DNA of 64,000 bases, from NCBI GenBank assembly GCA_040402275.1, contig JBBAMW010000002.1. One strand, 5' to 3'. The position numbers and the translations under genes were made by a program. Source of the DNA: Candidatus Planktophila sp. Its GTDB lineage: Bacteria > Actinomycetota > Actinomycetes > Nanopelagicales > Nanopelagicaceae. Below the pieces are notes generated by a model that ran no database searches, was not told the DNA's origin, and was given only the letters and a program-made list of their open reading frames with translations. Each line of letters opens with the position of its first letter. Position 1 is the stretch's first letter. Below, piece after piece: positions 1 to 9,777 of this stretch.

Positions 1-767
1 TGAACAACCCTGCACTTGTCCTTGTGCATGGATTGGGTTCGGCTGGCAACATCTGGAAAACCCTGGTCCCGCAGTTAATTGAGGATTTTACGGTGTATGC
101 CATTGACCTACCTGGGCATGGCGAAGCACCACTTACAGAAGGTGAAGAAATGGATCCACGTTCTCTTGCCCAGGCGATAGTTGATTACATGGTTTCAGAG
201 ATGGGCGTTCAGACAATGCATGTTGCCGGAAACTCTCTTGGCGGATGGATCGCATTAGAAATGGCAGCAGTAGCCCCAGATAATGTCTTAAGTGTTACCG
301 CCTTAGCCCCAGCTGGTTTATGGCATGAACAACCACCGCGAAAGTTCCCACCAAGTCTTGATGCAAGAATCCTTGCGAAAATTTCGCAGCACTTCATGAA
401 GACGGCGTATCGAATTCCAGTACTAAAAGCAATTGGATATAAGAAGATCACGCACTTGTGGCGTGAATTGAGCTTCGAGTCATGCCGTGATTCTGTTATT
501 GCGATGGCTAGGTCAAAGGGCTATATGCCGATGTGGCATGGTGCAAATGGACGCAGGTTTGAATCTGTCGTACCCGTAAGAGTAAAACTGTCGGTAGTTT
601 TTGGAGATGAAGATCTAACGTTGCCAGAAGAGATTGCCCAAGAGAAAAGCGTTGCACCTGCTCATTCACGGTGGATCGTTGTCGATAACTGCGCACATGT
701 GATCATGTGGAACTATCCTGATTTGACGGTTGACTTGATTAAGAAGACAGCCCTGGTGGCGTCATAG
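1..767 (+). CDS. Alpha/beta-fold hydrolase (start codon probably cut by 1 nt at the window edge)
   Basis: LVLVHGLG, DLPGHG, nucleophile elbow GNSLGG and C-terminal D...H; frame open from the window edge. Confidence 0.85.
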   Translation, partial: NNPALVLVHGLGSAGNIWKTLVPQLIEDFTVYAIDLPGHGEAPLTEGEEMDPRSLAQAIVDYMVSEMGVQTMHVAGNSLGGWIALEMAAVAPDNVLSVTALAPAGLWHEQPPRKFPPSLDARILAKISQHFMKTAYRIPVLKAIGYKKITHLWRELSFESCRDSVIAMARSKGYMPMWHGANGRRFESVVPVRVKLSVVFGDEDLTLPEEIAQEKSVAPAHSRWIVVDNCAHVIMWNYPDLTVDLIKKTALVAS

Positions 768-774
768 AGACGCC

Positions 775-1320
775 TTAGCAATACACCTCTAGTACCCAAG
801 GGCCTTTCTTATTTCCTGCAATTAATTCGCATTCAAATTTCTGTGAAATGATTGCTTCTAATTCATTTGGATTAACTGGAACTTTCGTGCTCTTTAGGAT
901 GTGATGGGTAACTTCACCACGAGTTTTTTTGGACATGTGGGTAATCACCTTTTTCACACCATCTACTTTGGTAAAAACCTTGATCTCAACGGTTATCGCA
1001 ACAGGGGATTGCCACACAGTTTGGTAGGTTGATGAGCGACAATCGATAATTAACTCTGATTCGGCGCCATCTAATGCTTGCGCAACCTGGGTAGCCATCT
1101 TTTTATTCTTGATTTTTTCTTTGTAAGGCTCGATTGGATCTAGGGGGCGCACCACCCCGTATTTGGCCGAGATGATGGCTATTGAGGATGCGCCTAGCTT
1201 TCGTTGAGCTTCGGTCAATCGATCCCAGCCCAGGGAAGCGTAGAGAACGCCTGTATAGACCTGGATGGCCGGCCCAGGGGTGGCTGATTTCTTCTCAGAG
1301 GGCGGCAGCAGGATTAACAC
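775..1320 (-). CDS. yaaA: Peroxide stress protein YaaA family (DUF328), compact
   Basis: [10 protein letters not shown] start, YTGVLY, SAKYG..RP.D.I.PY, DCRSSTY and SKKTRGEV motifs; GTG at 1320 lies 6 nt after CATACT. Confidence 0.8.
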   Translation of the reverse strand: MLILLPPSEKKSATPGPAIQVYTGVLYASLGWDRLTEAQRKLGASSIAIISAKYGVVRPLDPIEPYKEKIKNKKMATQVAQALDGAESELIIDCRSSTYQTVWQSPVAITVEIKVFTKVDGVKKVITHMSKKTRGEVTHHILKSTKVPVNPNELEAIISQKFECELIAGNKKGPWVLEVYC

Positions 1321-1353
1321 CGGCTCAGTATGGCGGGGCGACACGCCTAAATC

Positions 1354-1375
1354 TGTCAGTGCCACCTGTTACTGT
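1354..1375 (+). promoter_or_regulatory. RecA-NDp / PafBC-type DNA-damage promoter of recA
   Basis: TGTCAGTG-ccacctgt-TACTGT matches the actinobacterial TGTCRGTG-N8-TANNNT motif. Confidence 0.8.
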
Positions 1376-1391
1376 TCGAACAGATGTTCGG
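1376..1391. promoter_or_regulatory. LexA (SOS) box
   Basis: TCGAAC-AGAT-GTTCGG versus consensus TCGAAC-N4-GTTCGA; upstream of recA, over the predicted transcription start. Confidence 0.8.
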
Positions 1392-1500
1392 ATAAACTAT
1401 CCGAGTACAACCAGAGCGGTTCCAACCTCCGCCTGCAGGCACTTCTCCACACCAGCTGTGGAGCTTCTGCAGACCGTCGTTGGGTCTCCGTACCTTCTGG
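1388..1500 (+). ncRNA. Candidate structured 5' leader of recA mRNA
   Basis: Hairpin TCGGATA-aac-TATCCGA, then nested pairs CCAGAG/TTCTGG, CCAAC/GTTGG, CTGCAG/CTGCAG and CTCCACA/TGTGGAG. Confidence 0.4.
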
Positions 1501-1552
1501 GCCAGACCAAACGAACTGCACAACGCAGGACGTTCTATCGAAAGGAATGTAC

Positions 1553-2647
1553 GTGGCTACTGAAAAAAGTAATAAAGCAAACGATGCAGCACAAGACAAA
1601 GCCAACATTGAACGCCACAAGGCGTTAGATACAGCCCTAGCCCAGATCGAACGTCAATTTGGTAAAGGCGCAGTGATGAAGATGTCAGAGCGACAGAACA
1701 CAGTCATTGAAGTTATTCCAACTGGTTCAATCGCACTAGATATCGCACTTGGCATTGGTGGACTTCCACGAGGTCGCGTTGTTGAAATTTACGGACCAGA
1801 ATCTTCAGGTAAGACAACTCTTACATTGCATGCAATCGCTAATGCTCAAAAGGCTGGCGGCATCTGTGCATTCATCGATGCTGAGCACGCATTTGATTCT
1901 GAGTATGCAAAGAAGCTTGGCGTTGACATTGATGCACTGTTGGTTTCACAACCAGATACCGGTGAGCAAGCTCTAGAAATCATGGACATGCTTATTCGCT
2001 CAGGTGCACTTGATCTAGTTGTAGTTGACTCAGTTGCAGCACTTGTTCCTCGCGCAGAAATCGAAGGTGAGATGGGTGATTCACATATGGGTCTACAAGC
2101 TCGTTTGATGTCACAAGCACTTCGTAAGATCACAGGAGCGCTGCATCAATCAAAGACAACTGCAATCTTTATTAACCAGTTGCGTGACAAGATCGGTGTC
2201 TTCTTTGGTTCACCAGAGACAACAACAGGTGGAAAGGCACTTAAGTTCTACGCCTCAGTCCGTCTAGATATCCGTCGTATTGAAACGCTTAAGGATGGCC
2301 AAGAATCAGTTGGTAACCGTACCCGCGTAAAGGTAGTCAAGAACAAGATGGCTCCACCTTTCAAGCAGGCAGAGTTCGACATTATTTACGGCACAGGAAT
2401 TTCACGCGAAGGCTCACTCATTGATATGGGTGTTGACATCGGTGTGGTTAAGAAGTCTGGTGCTTGGTACACATACGAGGCAGATCAGCTGGGTCAGGGT
2501 AAGGAAAATGCACGTGCATTCCTCATTGATAACCCAGATCTAGCTAATGAGATTGAAAACAAGATCCGCGAACACTTCGTTCCAGTTGAGGTCGATCCAG
2601 CACTAGTTGCTGCAATTGATGAGGCTGCCGCAGAGGTGGATTTCTAA
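1553..2647 (+). CDS. recA: Recombinase A
   Basis: [26 protein letters not shown] and [10 protein letters not shown]; SD AAAGGA at 1541-1546 favours GTG at 1553; no intein. Confidence 0.98.
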   Translation: MATEKSNKANDAAQDKANIERHKALDTALAQIERQFGKGAVMKMSERQNTVIEVIPTGSIALDIALGIGGLPRGRVVEIYGPESSGKTTLTLHAIANAQKAGGICAFIDAEHAFDSEYAKKLGVDIDALLVSQPDTGEQALEIMDMLIRSGALDLVVVDSVAALVPRAEIEGEMGDSHMGLQARLMSQALRKITGALHQSKTTAIFINQLRDKIGVFFGSPETTTGGKALKFYASVRLDIRRIETLKDGQESVGNRTRVKVVKNKMAPPFKQAEFDIIYGTGISREGSLIDMGVDIGVVKKSGAWYTYEADQLGQGKENARAFLIDNPDLANEIENKIREHFVPVEVDPALVAAIDEAAAEVDF

Positions 2648-2653
2648 GCTCCA

Positions 2654-3160
2654 ATGCTTGAATATGTAAAGGTTGACCAGGAGGCTGACCCTTACTCAAT
2701 CGCAAACACCATTGCACTCAATGCTTTGGTTGCGCGCGCTAAGAGTAAGGGTGAGCTTCTGGCTCACTTAAAAAAGCGTGGCGTAGAAGATGACGTTGCT
2801 CAGGCAACGATTTTTCGCCTTCAAGAAAATGGCTTGATTAACGACTCAGAGTTTGCAAAAGCGTGGACTCAATCTCGTCACACCTCTAAGAAGTTATCGA
2901 AGCGAATCATTGCTGGAGAACTTCGCACTAGGGGAGTAGATCAATCTAGTATCGATGAAGCATTAGATGAGATTGATGATGAGTCTGAGTATCGAACCGC
3001 TTTTTCTTTGGGAATGAAAAAATACAACACTATGAGTCGACTTGAGCCAGAGGTTCAGATTCGCAGAATTCAATCCCTGCTCCAACGAAAAGGTTTTTCT
3101 TTTCCTACAATTGCCCGCGTTATTCGCGAGCTAGATGTTCAGTCAGACGAGCTGCAGTAG
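2654..3160 (+). CDS. recX: Regulatory protein RecX
   Basis: Directly after recA; GLIND.EFA, ELR.RGV and LQRKGF motifs. Confidence 0.9.
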   Translation: MLEYVKVDQEADPYSIANTIALNALVARAKSKGELLAHLKKRGVEDDVAQATIFRLQENGLINDSEFAKAWTQSRHTSKKLSKRIIAGELRTRGVDQSSIDEALDEIDDESEYRTAFSLGMKKYNTMSRLEPEVQIRRIQSLLQRKGFSFPTIARVIRELDVQSDELQ

Positions 3161-3836
3161 CAACTACAGCAGCGGCATGAATGCGGCCAGGTTGACGTCC
3201 TAGACGTTCGATCGGGCCGCTTATGCTTACAGCGGCAATTACTTTGCCGTTAGGTGCGCGCACAGGTGCTGAGACAGATGCAACTCCAGCTTCGCGTTCT
3301 CCCACAGATTGTGCCCAACCGCGACGACGATCAGCAGATAGTTGCGCTGCGGTAAACCTGGCATTTGTTAATCCGCGGTGAATCTTTTCTGACTCTTCCC
3401 AAGCAAGAAGTATTTGCGCAGCAGATCCGGCATGCATGGTTAGGGCTGCGCCAACAGGAACTGAGTCACGCAATCCTGATAACCGTTCTGCCACGGCAAC
3501 ACAGATGCGCAAATCTCCTTGGCGGCGATATAACTGCGCACTTTCTCCCGTTGCATCGCGCAGAGCGGCCAGAGCGGGGGCTGCAGCGGCTAATAAACGA
3601 TCTTCACCAGCGGCAGCACCTAACTCACCTGAACGTGGTCCTAAAACAAAGCGGCCTGTTAAATCACGCGCAACTAAACGGTGGAACTCAAGTGCTACAG
3701 CTAAGCGGTGAGCGGTGGGGCGGGCGATGCCTGTGGCTGCGACAAGTTCGGCAAGTGAATGCGGGCCAGCTTCTAGCGTGCTTAAAATTGCCACGGCTTT
3801 ATCTAATACGCCAACTCCGCTATTCTTTCTGTTCAT
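3120..3836 (-). CDS. IclR-family regulator (NdgR/LtbR-like), divergent from leuCD
   Basis: SGVGVLDKA, HTH PTAHRLA, GERE.GVASVSAPV; conserved position next to leuC. Confidence 0.92.
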   Translation of the reverse strand: MNRKNSGVGVLDKAVAILSTLEAGPHSLAELVAATGIARPTAHRLAVALEFHRLVARDLTGRFVLGPRSGELGAAAGEDRLLAAAAPALAALRDATGESAQLYRRQGDLRICVAVAERLSGLRDSVPVGAALTMHAGSAAQILLAWEESEKIHRGLTNARFTAAQLSADRRRGWAQSVGEREAGVASVSAPVRAPNGKVIAAVSISGPIERLGRQPGRIHAAAVVATAARLTEHLARE

Positions 3837-3850
3837 AGAGTGATATTAAC

Positions 3851-3865
3851 ATCTCAAGATGTGAT
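3851..3865. promoter_or_regulatory. Putative IclR operator
   Basis: Imperfect palindrome ATCTCA-aga-TGTGAT in the iclR/leuC divergent spacer. Confidence 0.45.
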
Positions 3866-3897
3866 ACGCAAACTAGTAGAGCAAGGAGCACATGATC

Positions 3898-5289
3898 GTG
3901 GGTAAAACGCTAGCCGAGAAAATTTGGGCAGAACATGTTGTTCGCGCGGCACAAGGCGAACCAGATCTGATTTACATCGATCTGCATTTAATCCATGAAG
4001 TTACAAGCCCACAAGCATTTGATGGTCTGCGTCTTGCAGGACGTCCAGTTCGCCGTCCTGATCTCACGATTGCTACAGAAGATCACAACGTGCCGACCCT
4101 CAATATTGATAAGCCAATTGCAGATCCAGTGTCGAAGTTGCAGGTCGATACATTGCGCGCAAACTGCAAAGAGTTTGGGCTTCGCATTCACCCACTAGGA
4201 GATAAGGAGCAGGGGATTGTCCACGTTGTTGGACCTCAACTGGGTGTTACTCAACCTGGAATGACGATTGTGTGCGGAGATTCGCACACTTCTACCCATG
4301 GCGCCTTTGGCGCACTTGCTTTTGGTATTGGCACCTCTGAAGTCGAGCATGTTCTAGCAACACAGACATTGCCCCTGCAGCGTCCAAAGACAATGGCGAT
4401 CAATGTTGAAGGATCACTGCGGCCAGGTGTGACATCAAAAGACATCATCCTTGCGATCATTGCAAAGATTGGTACCGGCGGCGGTCAGGGCTATGTCATC
4501 GAATACCGAGGCGGCGCAATCCGTGCCCTATCAATGGAATCGCGCATGACCGTTTGTAACATGTCTATTGAAGCTGGGGCTAGAGCGGGATTAATTGCTC
4601 CCGATCAAACAACTTTTGATTACATCAAGGGCAAGCCACATGCACCAGAGGATTTTGATGCTGCAGTTTCTTATTGGAAAACTCTATTTACAGATGCAGA
4701 TGCCACGTTTGATGTTGAGGTAAATCTGAATGCAGATGAGCTAGAGCCATTTGTTACATGGGGAACTAATCCAGGCCAAGGTTTGCCTCTTAATTCAGTT
4801 GTTCCAAACCCAGCAGATATTGCAGATTCAGAAGCCCGCGAAGCAGTAGAGCGCGCACTTGTTTACATGGGTCTTGAGGCTGGCACACCCCTTAAAAAGA
4901 TAGCCATTGACACTGTTTTCTTGGGCTCATGTACTAATGGGCGAATTGAAGATTTACGTGCAGCTGCAGATATATTAAAGGGCAAGAAAATTGCCTCATC
5001 TTTGCGCATGCTTGTTGTTCCAGGCTCTGCTCGAGTTCGCTTAGAAGCAGAGGCTGAAGGTCTAGATAAGGTGTTTCTTGATGCAGGGGCAGAATGGCGT
5101 AATGCAGGATGCTCGATGTGTCTTGGAATGAACCCAGATCAGTTAGCAGTAGGAGAGCGCGCGGCATCTACCTCTAACCGTAACTTTGAAGGTCGCCAAG
5201 GTAAGGGTGGTCGCACACACCTTGTAAGTCCACTTGTTGCAGCTGCTACAGCGCTGCGTGGAACACTGTCGTCACCTGCGGATCTGTAA
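3898..5289 (+). CDS. leuC: 3-isopropylmalate dehydratase large subunit
   Basis: [29 protein letters not shown] and [12 protein letters not shown]; start GTG 3898 (alternative ATG 3892) after AAGGAG. Confidence 0.97.
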   Translation: MGKTLAEKIWAEHVVRAAQGEPDLIYIDLHLIHEVTSPQAFDGLRLAGRPVRRPDLTIATEDHNVPTLNIDKPIADPVSKLQVDTLRANCKEFGLRIHPLGDKEQGIVHVVGPQLGVTQPGMTIVCGDSHTSTHGAFGALAFGIGTSEVEHVLATQTLPLQRPKTMAINVEGSLRPGVTSKDIILAIIAKIGTGGGQGYVIEYRGGAIRALSMESRMTVCNMSIEAGARAGLIAPDQTTFDYIKGKPHAPEDFDAAVSYWKTLFTDADATFDVEVNLNADELEPFVTWGTNPGQGLPLNSVVPNPADIADSEAREAVERALVYMGLEAGTPLKKIAIDTVFLGSCTNGRIEDLRAAADILKGKKIASSLRMLVVPGSARVRLEAEAEGLDKVFLDAGAEWRNAGCSMCLGMNPDQLAVGERAASTSNRNFEGRQGKGGRTHLVSPLVAAATALRGTLSSPADL

Positions 5290-5301
5290 GGAGCCAGGTC
5301 A

Positions 5302-5901
5302 ATGGAAAAATTCATCAAGCACATAGGCACCGGAGTTCCTCTACGTCGCAGCAATGTTGATACAGATCAGATAATCCCTGCCGTTTATTTAAAGCGAGTA
5401 ACCCGCAGTGGTTTTGAAGATGGTTTATTTGCTGCCTGGCGCAATGATCCCGAGTTTGTGTTAAACAAGGATGCCTTCAAGAAGGGAACAGTTCTAATCG
5501 CTGGGGCAGATTTTGGAACTGGTTCTTCACGAGAGCACGCAGTGTGGGCGTTGCAGAACTATGGCTTCAAAGTAGTTATTTCTAGCCGCTTTGCAGATAT
5601 CTTCCGTGGAAATTCACTCAAGGGTGGACTACTAACAATCATTCTGGATCAAGCAGAGGTTGAAGCGGTGTGGGCTGCGGTTGAGGCAGATCCATCAACG
5701 TCGATCACAGTTGATTTAGAAACCCGCACTGTTGGCTATGGTTCAAAGAGTTTGCCCTTTGACATCGATGATTACACCCGCTGGCGCTTGATGGAGGGAT
5801 TGGATGACATTGGTTTGACCCTAAAACAGACTGATTCCATTGACTCTTTCGAGAAAAATCGCCCACCATATAAGCCAACAACACTTCCAATTCGTTCGTA
5901 A
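5302..5901 (+). CDS. leuD: 3-isopropylmalate dehydratase small subunit
   Basis: [23 protein letters not shown] and GLDDI. Confidence 0.97.
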   Translation: MEKFIKHIGTGVPLRRSNVDTDQIIPAVYLKRVTRSGFEDGLFAAWRNDPEFVLNKDAFKKGTVLIAGADFGTGSSREHAVWALQNYGFKVVISSRFADIFRGNSLKGGLLTIILDQAEVEAVWAAVEADPSTSITVDLETRTVGYGSKSLPFDIDDYTRWRLMEGLDDIGLTLKQTDSIDSFEKNRPPYKPTTLPIRS

Positions 5902-6137
5902 GGGTTTAAAACAAGCGTAAAACGCAGGTTTTACGAACGGGTGAGTGGTCGAGTGCCCAACCCTCAATCTCGTATCTAGAGTTTTCTACGCATAAAAACC
6001 GCGCTTTTTGAGTGTTTGCACGAAAAATAAAAATGCGACACGCGCATTCCAATAACCTCATCACCCCTTACATGCGCGTAAGTTTATGAACACGTTAAGC
6101 GGTTGCTTAACATTTACGCGTAAATAAGGGGAATTCA

Positions 6138-6587
6138 ATGAATAAGGCCCAATTCATTGCTGCGTTAGCACCACACTTCAACGACAGCAAGAAAGAAGCA
6201 GCTCACGCTGTAGATATCGTTTTTGACACAATCATCCGTAACCTTTCAAAGGGCGAAGATGTAATGATCAACGATTTCGGTAAGTTCAAGAAGGTTGATC
6301 GCAAAGCACGTATGGGACGTAACCCATTTACTGGCGAGACAATCAAGATCAAGGCTTCAAAGAAGGCACGCTTCCTACCTGCAAAGGCACTGAAGGAAGT
6401 TATTGCTGGAGATCGCAAGCTTGCACCAGCACCAAAGCCAGAGCCAAAGGTAGTTGCTAAGAAGGCAGCACCAAAGAAGGCGGCTAAGAAGGTTGTCAAG
6501 AAGACAGCTAAGAAGGTTGCCAAGAAGTCTCCTGCGAAGAAGAAGCCAGCAGCGAAGAGAGTTGTAAAGAAGGCCAAGAAGAAGTAA
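6138..6587 (+). CDS. hup: HU-family nucleoid protein with Lys/Ala-rich tail (HupB/Hlp-like)
   Basis: FGKF...R.GRNP.TGE HU signature plus AKK/PAKK repeats; downstream of leuD as in other actinobacteria. Confidence 0.92.
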   Translation: MNKAQFIAALAPHFNDSKKEAAHAVDIVFDTIIRNLSKGEDVMINDFGKFKKVDRKARMGRNPFTGETIKIKASKKARFLPAKALKEVIAGDRKLAPAPKPEPKVVAKKAAPKKAAKKVVKKTAKKVAKKSPAKKKPAAKRVVKKAKKK

Positions 6588-6599
6588 TTCTTGTGCTTA

Positions 6600-6633
6600 A
6601 AAAACGGGGTTGGCTAACGCTAGCCCCGTTTTT
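6600..6633 (+). terminator. Intrinsic terminator after hup
   Basis: AAAAACGGGG-TTGGC-taac-GCTAG-CCCCGTTTTT. Confidence 0.85.
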
Positions 6634-6659
6634 GCATATACCGCACTATTATTAATGCC

Positions 6660-7442
6660 ATGACGGAGTACAAGATTTCATATGCTCCGCCTCAAGGAAC
6701 CCCCCTCGGGACCAATCTCGCTTTTAAAGTTGGAACTAAGGTAGTTATTCCCCTGCTTAATCTGGTCGGAAAAAAAGTCTGGCGTGGGGGCGAGAATCTC
6801 CCCAAGAGCGGCAAGGCAATTGTTGCCAGTAACCATGTTTCATACTTAGATGTTTTGTTTCTTACACACTTTCTCTATCGCAATGGGCGAGCTCCTCGTT
6901 ACATCGGTAAAGAGGGGGTTTTTAAAGTCCCTGTGATTGGAAAAGTTGTTCTAGCAGCTGGGATGGTTCCAGTAGCCCGTGAAAGTAAGGATGCTTCTAA
7001 AGCCTTAGATCATGCACTACGGCTTTTAGAGATGGGTCATTGCGTTGGTGTTTATCCAGAAGGAACATTAACTAGGGATGCAAACGGGTGGCCGATGGTT
7101 GCAAAAACTGGTCTTGCTCGACTAGCTATAGCTACACGCACGCCGATCGTTCCTATTGCTCAATGGGGTTCCCAGATTGTTATGCCAACGTATGGGAAGA
7201 AGATAAAACTCTTCCCTCGCACTCCTATCAATGTGCTGGCTGGCAAGCCTCTGGATTTATCTCCCTGGTATGGAAAAGAGAATGATCCAGAAGCATTACG
7301 CGAGGCCACAGCATTTGTAATGCGGGAGCTAACTAATCTTTTGGAAGAACTTCGCGGTGAAAAACGCCCCATAGAAATATTTGATCCACACACTTCCAAT
7401 CTTCCGCGTACTGGCAATTTTAAGAAAGAAAAGAAGAAGTGA
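6660..7442 (+). CDS. Lysophospholipid acyltransferase (PlsC family)
   Basis: SNHVSYLD and YPEGT motifs; upstream of gpsA. Confidence 0.9.
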   Translation: MTEYKISYAPPQGTPLGTNLAFKVGTKVVIPLLNLVGKKVWRGGENLPKSGKAIVASNHVSYLDVLFLTHFLYRNGRAPRYIGKEGVFKVPVIGKVVLAAGMVPVARESKDASKALDHALRLLEMGHCVGVYPEGTLTRDANGWPMVAKTGLARLAIATRTPIVPIAQWGSQIVMPTYGKKIKLFPRTPINVLAGKPLDLSPWYGKENDPEALREATAFVMRELTNLLEELRGEKRPIEIFDPHTSNLPRTGNFKKEKKK

Positions 7443-8440
7443 GCAAGGTAGTAGTCCTGGGCGCTGGGCAATGGGGAAGTACCATGGCTCAAGTTTTATG
7501 CGATGCGGGCAATCATGTGTTGCTGTGGGGCCGTAATCAAGATGTAGTAGATGAGATCAACAACAAACATACCAATACACACTACTTGGATGAGAACACA
7601 CTTCCAGTTGGACTAAAAGCAACTAGTAATCTTCAAGAAGCTTTTGATTATTCAAATATTTATGTATTGGCCGTACCAGCACAGACTTTGCGGGAGAATT
7701 TGAGGAGCTGGAAGCCACTAGTGCAACCAGGTGCTATCTATGTCAGTACCTTAAAGGGCATTGAAGTCAGCACGATGTCTCGAATGACAGAGATTATCCA
7801 TGAGGTGATGGAGACTGAAAACATCGCCATTATTACCGGTCCGAACCTTGCTAATGAGCTTATTCTGCGTCAACCAGCAGGGGCGGTTGCTGCAGCACCC
7901 ACTATGGCATTAGCTGAAAAGGTTCAGCAACTCTTTGCAACTCCTTACTACCGTGTTTATACATCTGTCGATATTTTGGGATGTGAGTTAGCTGGTGCTA
8001 TTAAAAGCGTGATCGCACTTGCTGTTGGAATTTCTATTGGCCTTGGTTTTGGTGAAAATACACAGGCAATGCTTATTACACGTGGGCTCAATGAAGTGGC
8101 ACGGTTGTGCGCTGCTAATAATGCAGATCCACTCAGCGCGGCTGGTTTGGCCGGCATGGGAGATCTTGTTGCTAGTTGTGGCTCTCCATTGTCTAGAAAT
8201 CGAACCTTCGGCGAGGTTCTAGGCCGAAGTGGATCAATGGATGTTGCACGAACAGAAGTAGCAAAGACTGTTGAAGGCGTTGCTTCATCTAGTGCGATTC
8301 TTGAGATTGCTCACCGAGTTGGCGTGGAAGTGCCGGTTATTGAGGCTGTTGCAGATGTGGTGTCAGGGTTGATCACACCCAATGAGGCGCTAGATCGTTT
8401 GATGGAGATAACCACAAAAGCTGAAAACTTCATTCGATGA
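7439..8440 (+). CDS. gpsA: NAD(P)H-dependent glycerol-3-phosphate dehydrogenase
   Basis: GAGQWG, GPNLA, GLAGMGDL and SRNR. Confidence 0.95.
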   Translation: MSKVVVLGAGQWGSTMAQVLCDAGNHVLLWGRNQDVVDEINNKHTNTHYLDENTLPVGLKATSNLQEAFDYSNIYVLAVPAQTLRENLRSWKPLVQPGAIYVSTLKGIEVSTMSRMTEIIHEVMETENIAIITGPNLANELILRQPAGAVAAAPTMALAEKVQQLFATPYYRVYTSVDILGCELAGAIKSVIALAVGISIGLGFGENTQAMLITRGLNEVARLCAANNADPLSAAGLAGMGDLVASCGSPLSRNRTFGEVLGRSGSMDVARTEVAKTVEGVASSSAILEIAHRVGVEVPVIEAVADVVSGLITPNEALDRLMEITTKAENFIR

Positions 8441-9465
8441 GCAAACAAATAATTGCCATTATTTGTGGTGGCCCCAGCAGTGAACACGAGGTTTCTTGCG
8501 TATCGGCAGGCGGGGTTCTCAAGGGTTTAGATAGACAACTATTTGAGCCATTGTTAATTGGAATTACCAAGTCAGGCACGTGGGTCGAGCTCCCAATTGA
8601 TTACCAGCTAGAGATCGTTAACAAGCACATGCCAGTGATTGAAGATAACGGGCGACATATTGAATTGACTCAGTCAGGGTTTTCAATTGACGGGGAGCTA
8701 CTAGATATTGATTGTGTATTCCCTGTATTGCACGGTGAATTTGGTGAGGATGGAAAAATCCAGCACCTATTAGATGAAGCAGAGATGGCTTACGTGGGTA
8801 GTGGTGTTAGTGCATCGGCACAGGCGATGGATAAGGCGGTAGCAAAGCTTCTTTTTGCCGCTAGTGGCATGAAGGTTGCAGAGGGGGTTGCCGTAAATGC
8901 GCAGGATTGGCAAAGCAAGATCAGTTCATTGAGCTATCCAGTATTTGTAAAGCCTTCAAGTGGTGGCTCAAGTCGTGGTACTCATAAAGTTAAGTGTTCT
9001 GCCGATTTAAAGGTAGCTATTGAGGATGCACTGTCTTATGACACTAAAGTTTTAATTGAAACTGCAATTAAGGGTCGTGAGATTGAATGCGCTGTCCTTG
9101 AACGAGATGGCAAGGTTGAAGCTTCGATAGTTGGTGAAATAATTGTTGATCCCAAATTTGAGTTCTATGATTTTGAGGCTAAGTACTTAGATGATGCCAC
9201 TACGGTAAGAATTCCTGCAGATATTCCAGAGGCGGATGCGGACGAGATTCGACGATTGGCTGTTGCAGCATTTCATGTGTTGGGATGTTCTGGACTAGCC
9301 CGATGTGACTTTTTCTATACAAGTGATGGCGAAATAATTATTAATGAAGTTAACACAATGCCCGGTTTTACAGGCACTTCGGTCTACCCAAAATTGTGGC
9401 AGGCCTCAGGGGTTACCTATACAGAATTGATTTCAGCGCTTATAGATACTGCGCTGTCTTCTTAG
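8437..9465 (+). CDS. ddl: D-alanine--D-alanine ligase
   Basis: GGPSSEHEVS, HGEFGEDG, YDFEAKY and NEVNTMPGFT. Confidence 0.95.
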   Translation: MSKQIIAIICGGPSSEHEVSCVSAGGVLKGLDRQLFEPLLIGITKSGTWVELPIDYQLEIVNKHMPVIEDNGRHIELTQSGFSIDGELLDIDCVFPVLHGEFGEDGKIQHLLDEAEMAYVGSGVSASAQAMDKAVAKLLFAASGMKVAEGVAVNAQDWQSKISSLSYPVFVKPSSGGSSRGTHKVKCSADLKVAIEDALSYDTKVLIETAIKGREIECAVLERDGKVEASIVGEIIVDPKFEFYDFEAKYLDDATTVRIPADIPEADADEIRRLAVAAFHVLGCSGLARCDFFYTSDGEIIINEVNTMPGFTGTSVYPKLWQASGVTYTELISALIDTALSS

Positions 9466-9701
9466 CTCAGGTGTGTTACAGGACAGGTCAATGTGCGAGT
9501 AATGCCTGGCACGCCCTGAACCTTTGAGAGTACAAGTCGACCAAAATCCTCCATGCTTGATGCTTCTGCGCGCATGATTACATCGTAAGGACCAGTGACA
9601 CCTTCTGACAGTGTGACTCCAGGGATCTTTGCAACTGCATCTGCAACTCCTGATGCCTTGCCAACTTCAGTTTGAATCAGAATGAAAGCTTGTACTGACA
9701 T
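9462..9701 (-). CDS. Stand-alone Lrp/AsnC ligand-binding domain protein
   Basis: VQAFILIQTEVGK, VTGPYDVI and TRTLTCPV; conserved position between ddl and thiL. Confidence 0.88.
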   Translation of the reverse strand: MSVQAFILIQTEVGKASGVADAVAKIPGVTLSEGVTGPYDVIMRAEASSMEDFGRLVLSKVQGVPGITRTLTCPVTHLS

Positions 9702-9777
9702 GTGAGGTCCTTTCTGGTCGAGGCTCAAACGCTACCGCAGAACCTGCCTTACTCTCTAGTCGATTAGGCTAAGCAGT

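Noticed and set aside
1265-1552. Apparent 96-aa N-terminal extension of RecA in the ORF track
   Set aside because: It overlaps yaaA, the promoter and the SOS box; the SD at 1541-1546 supports a start at 1553
3120-3160. Convergent 3' overlaps (recX/iclR, also 50482-50493 and 63803-63828)
   Set aside because: Common in compact genomes, with no evidence of special function
6420-6587. AAGAAG-rich repeats suggesting a repeat array
   Set aside because: They encode the Lys/Ala tail of the HU protein
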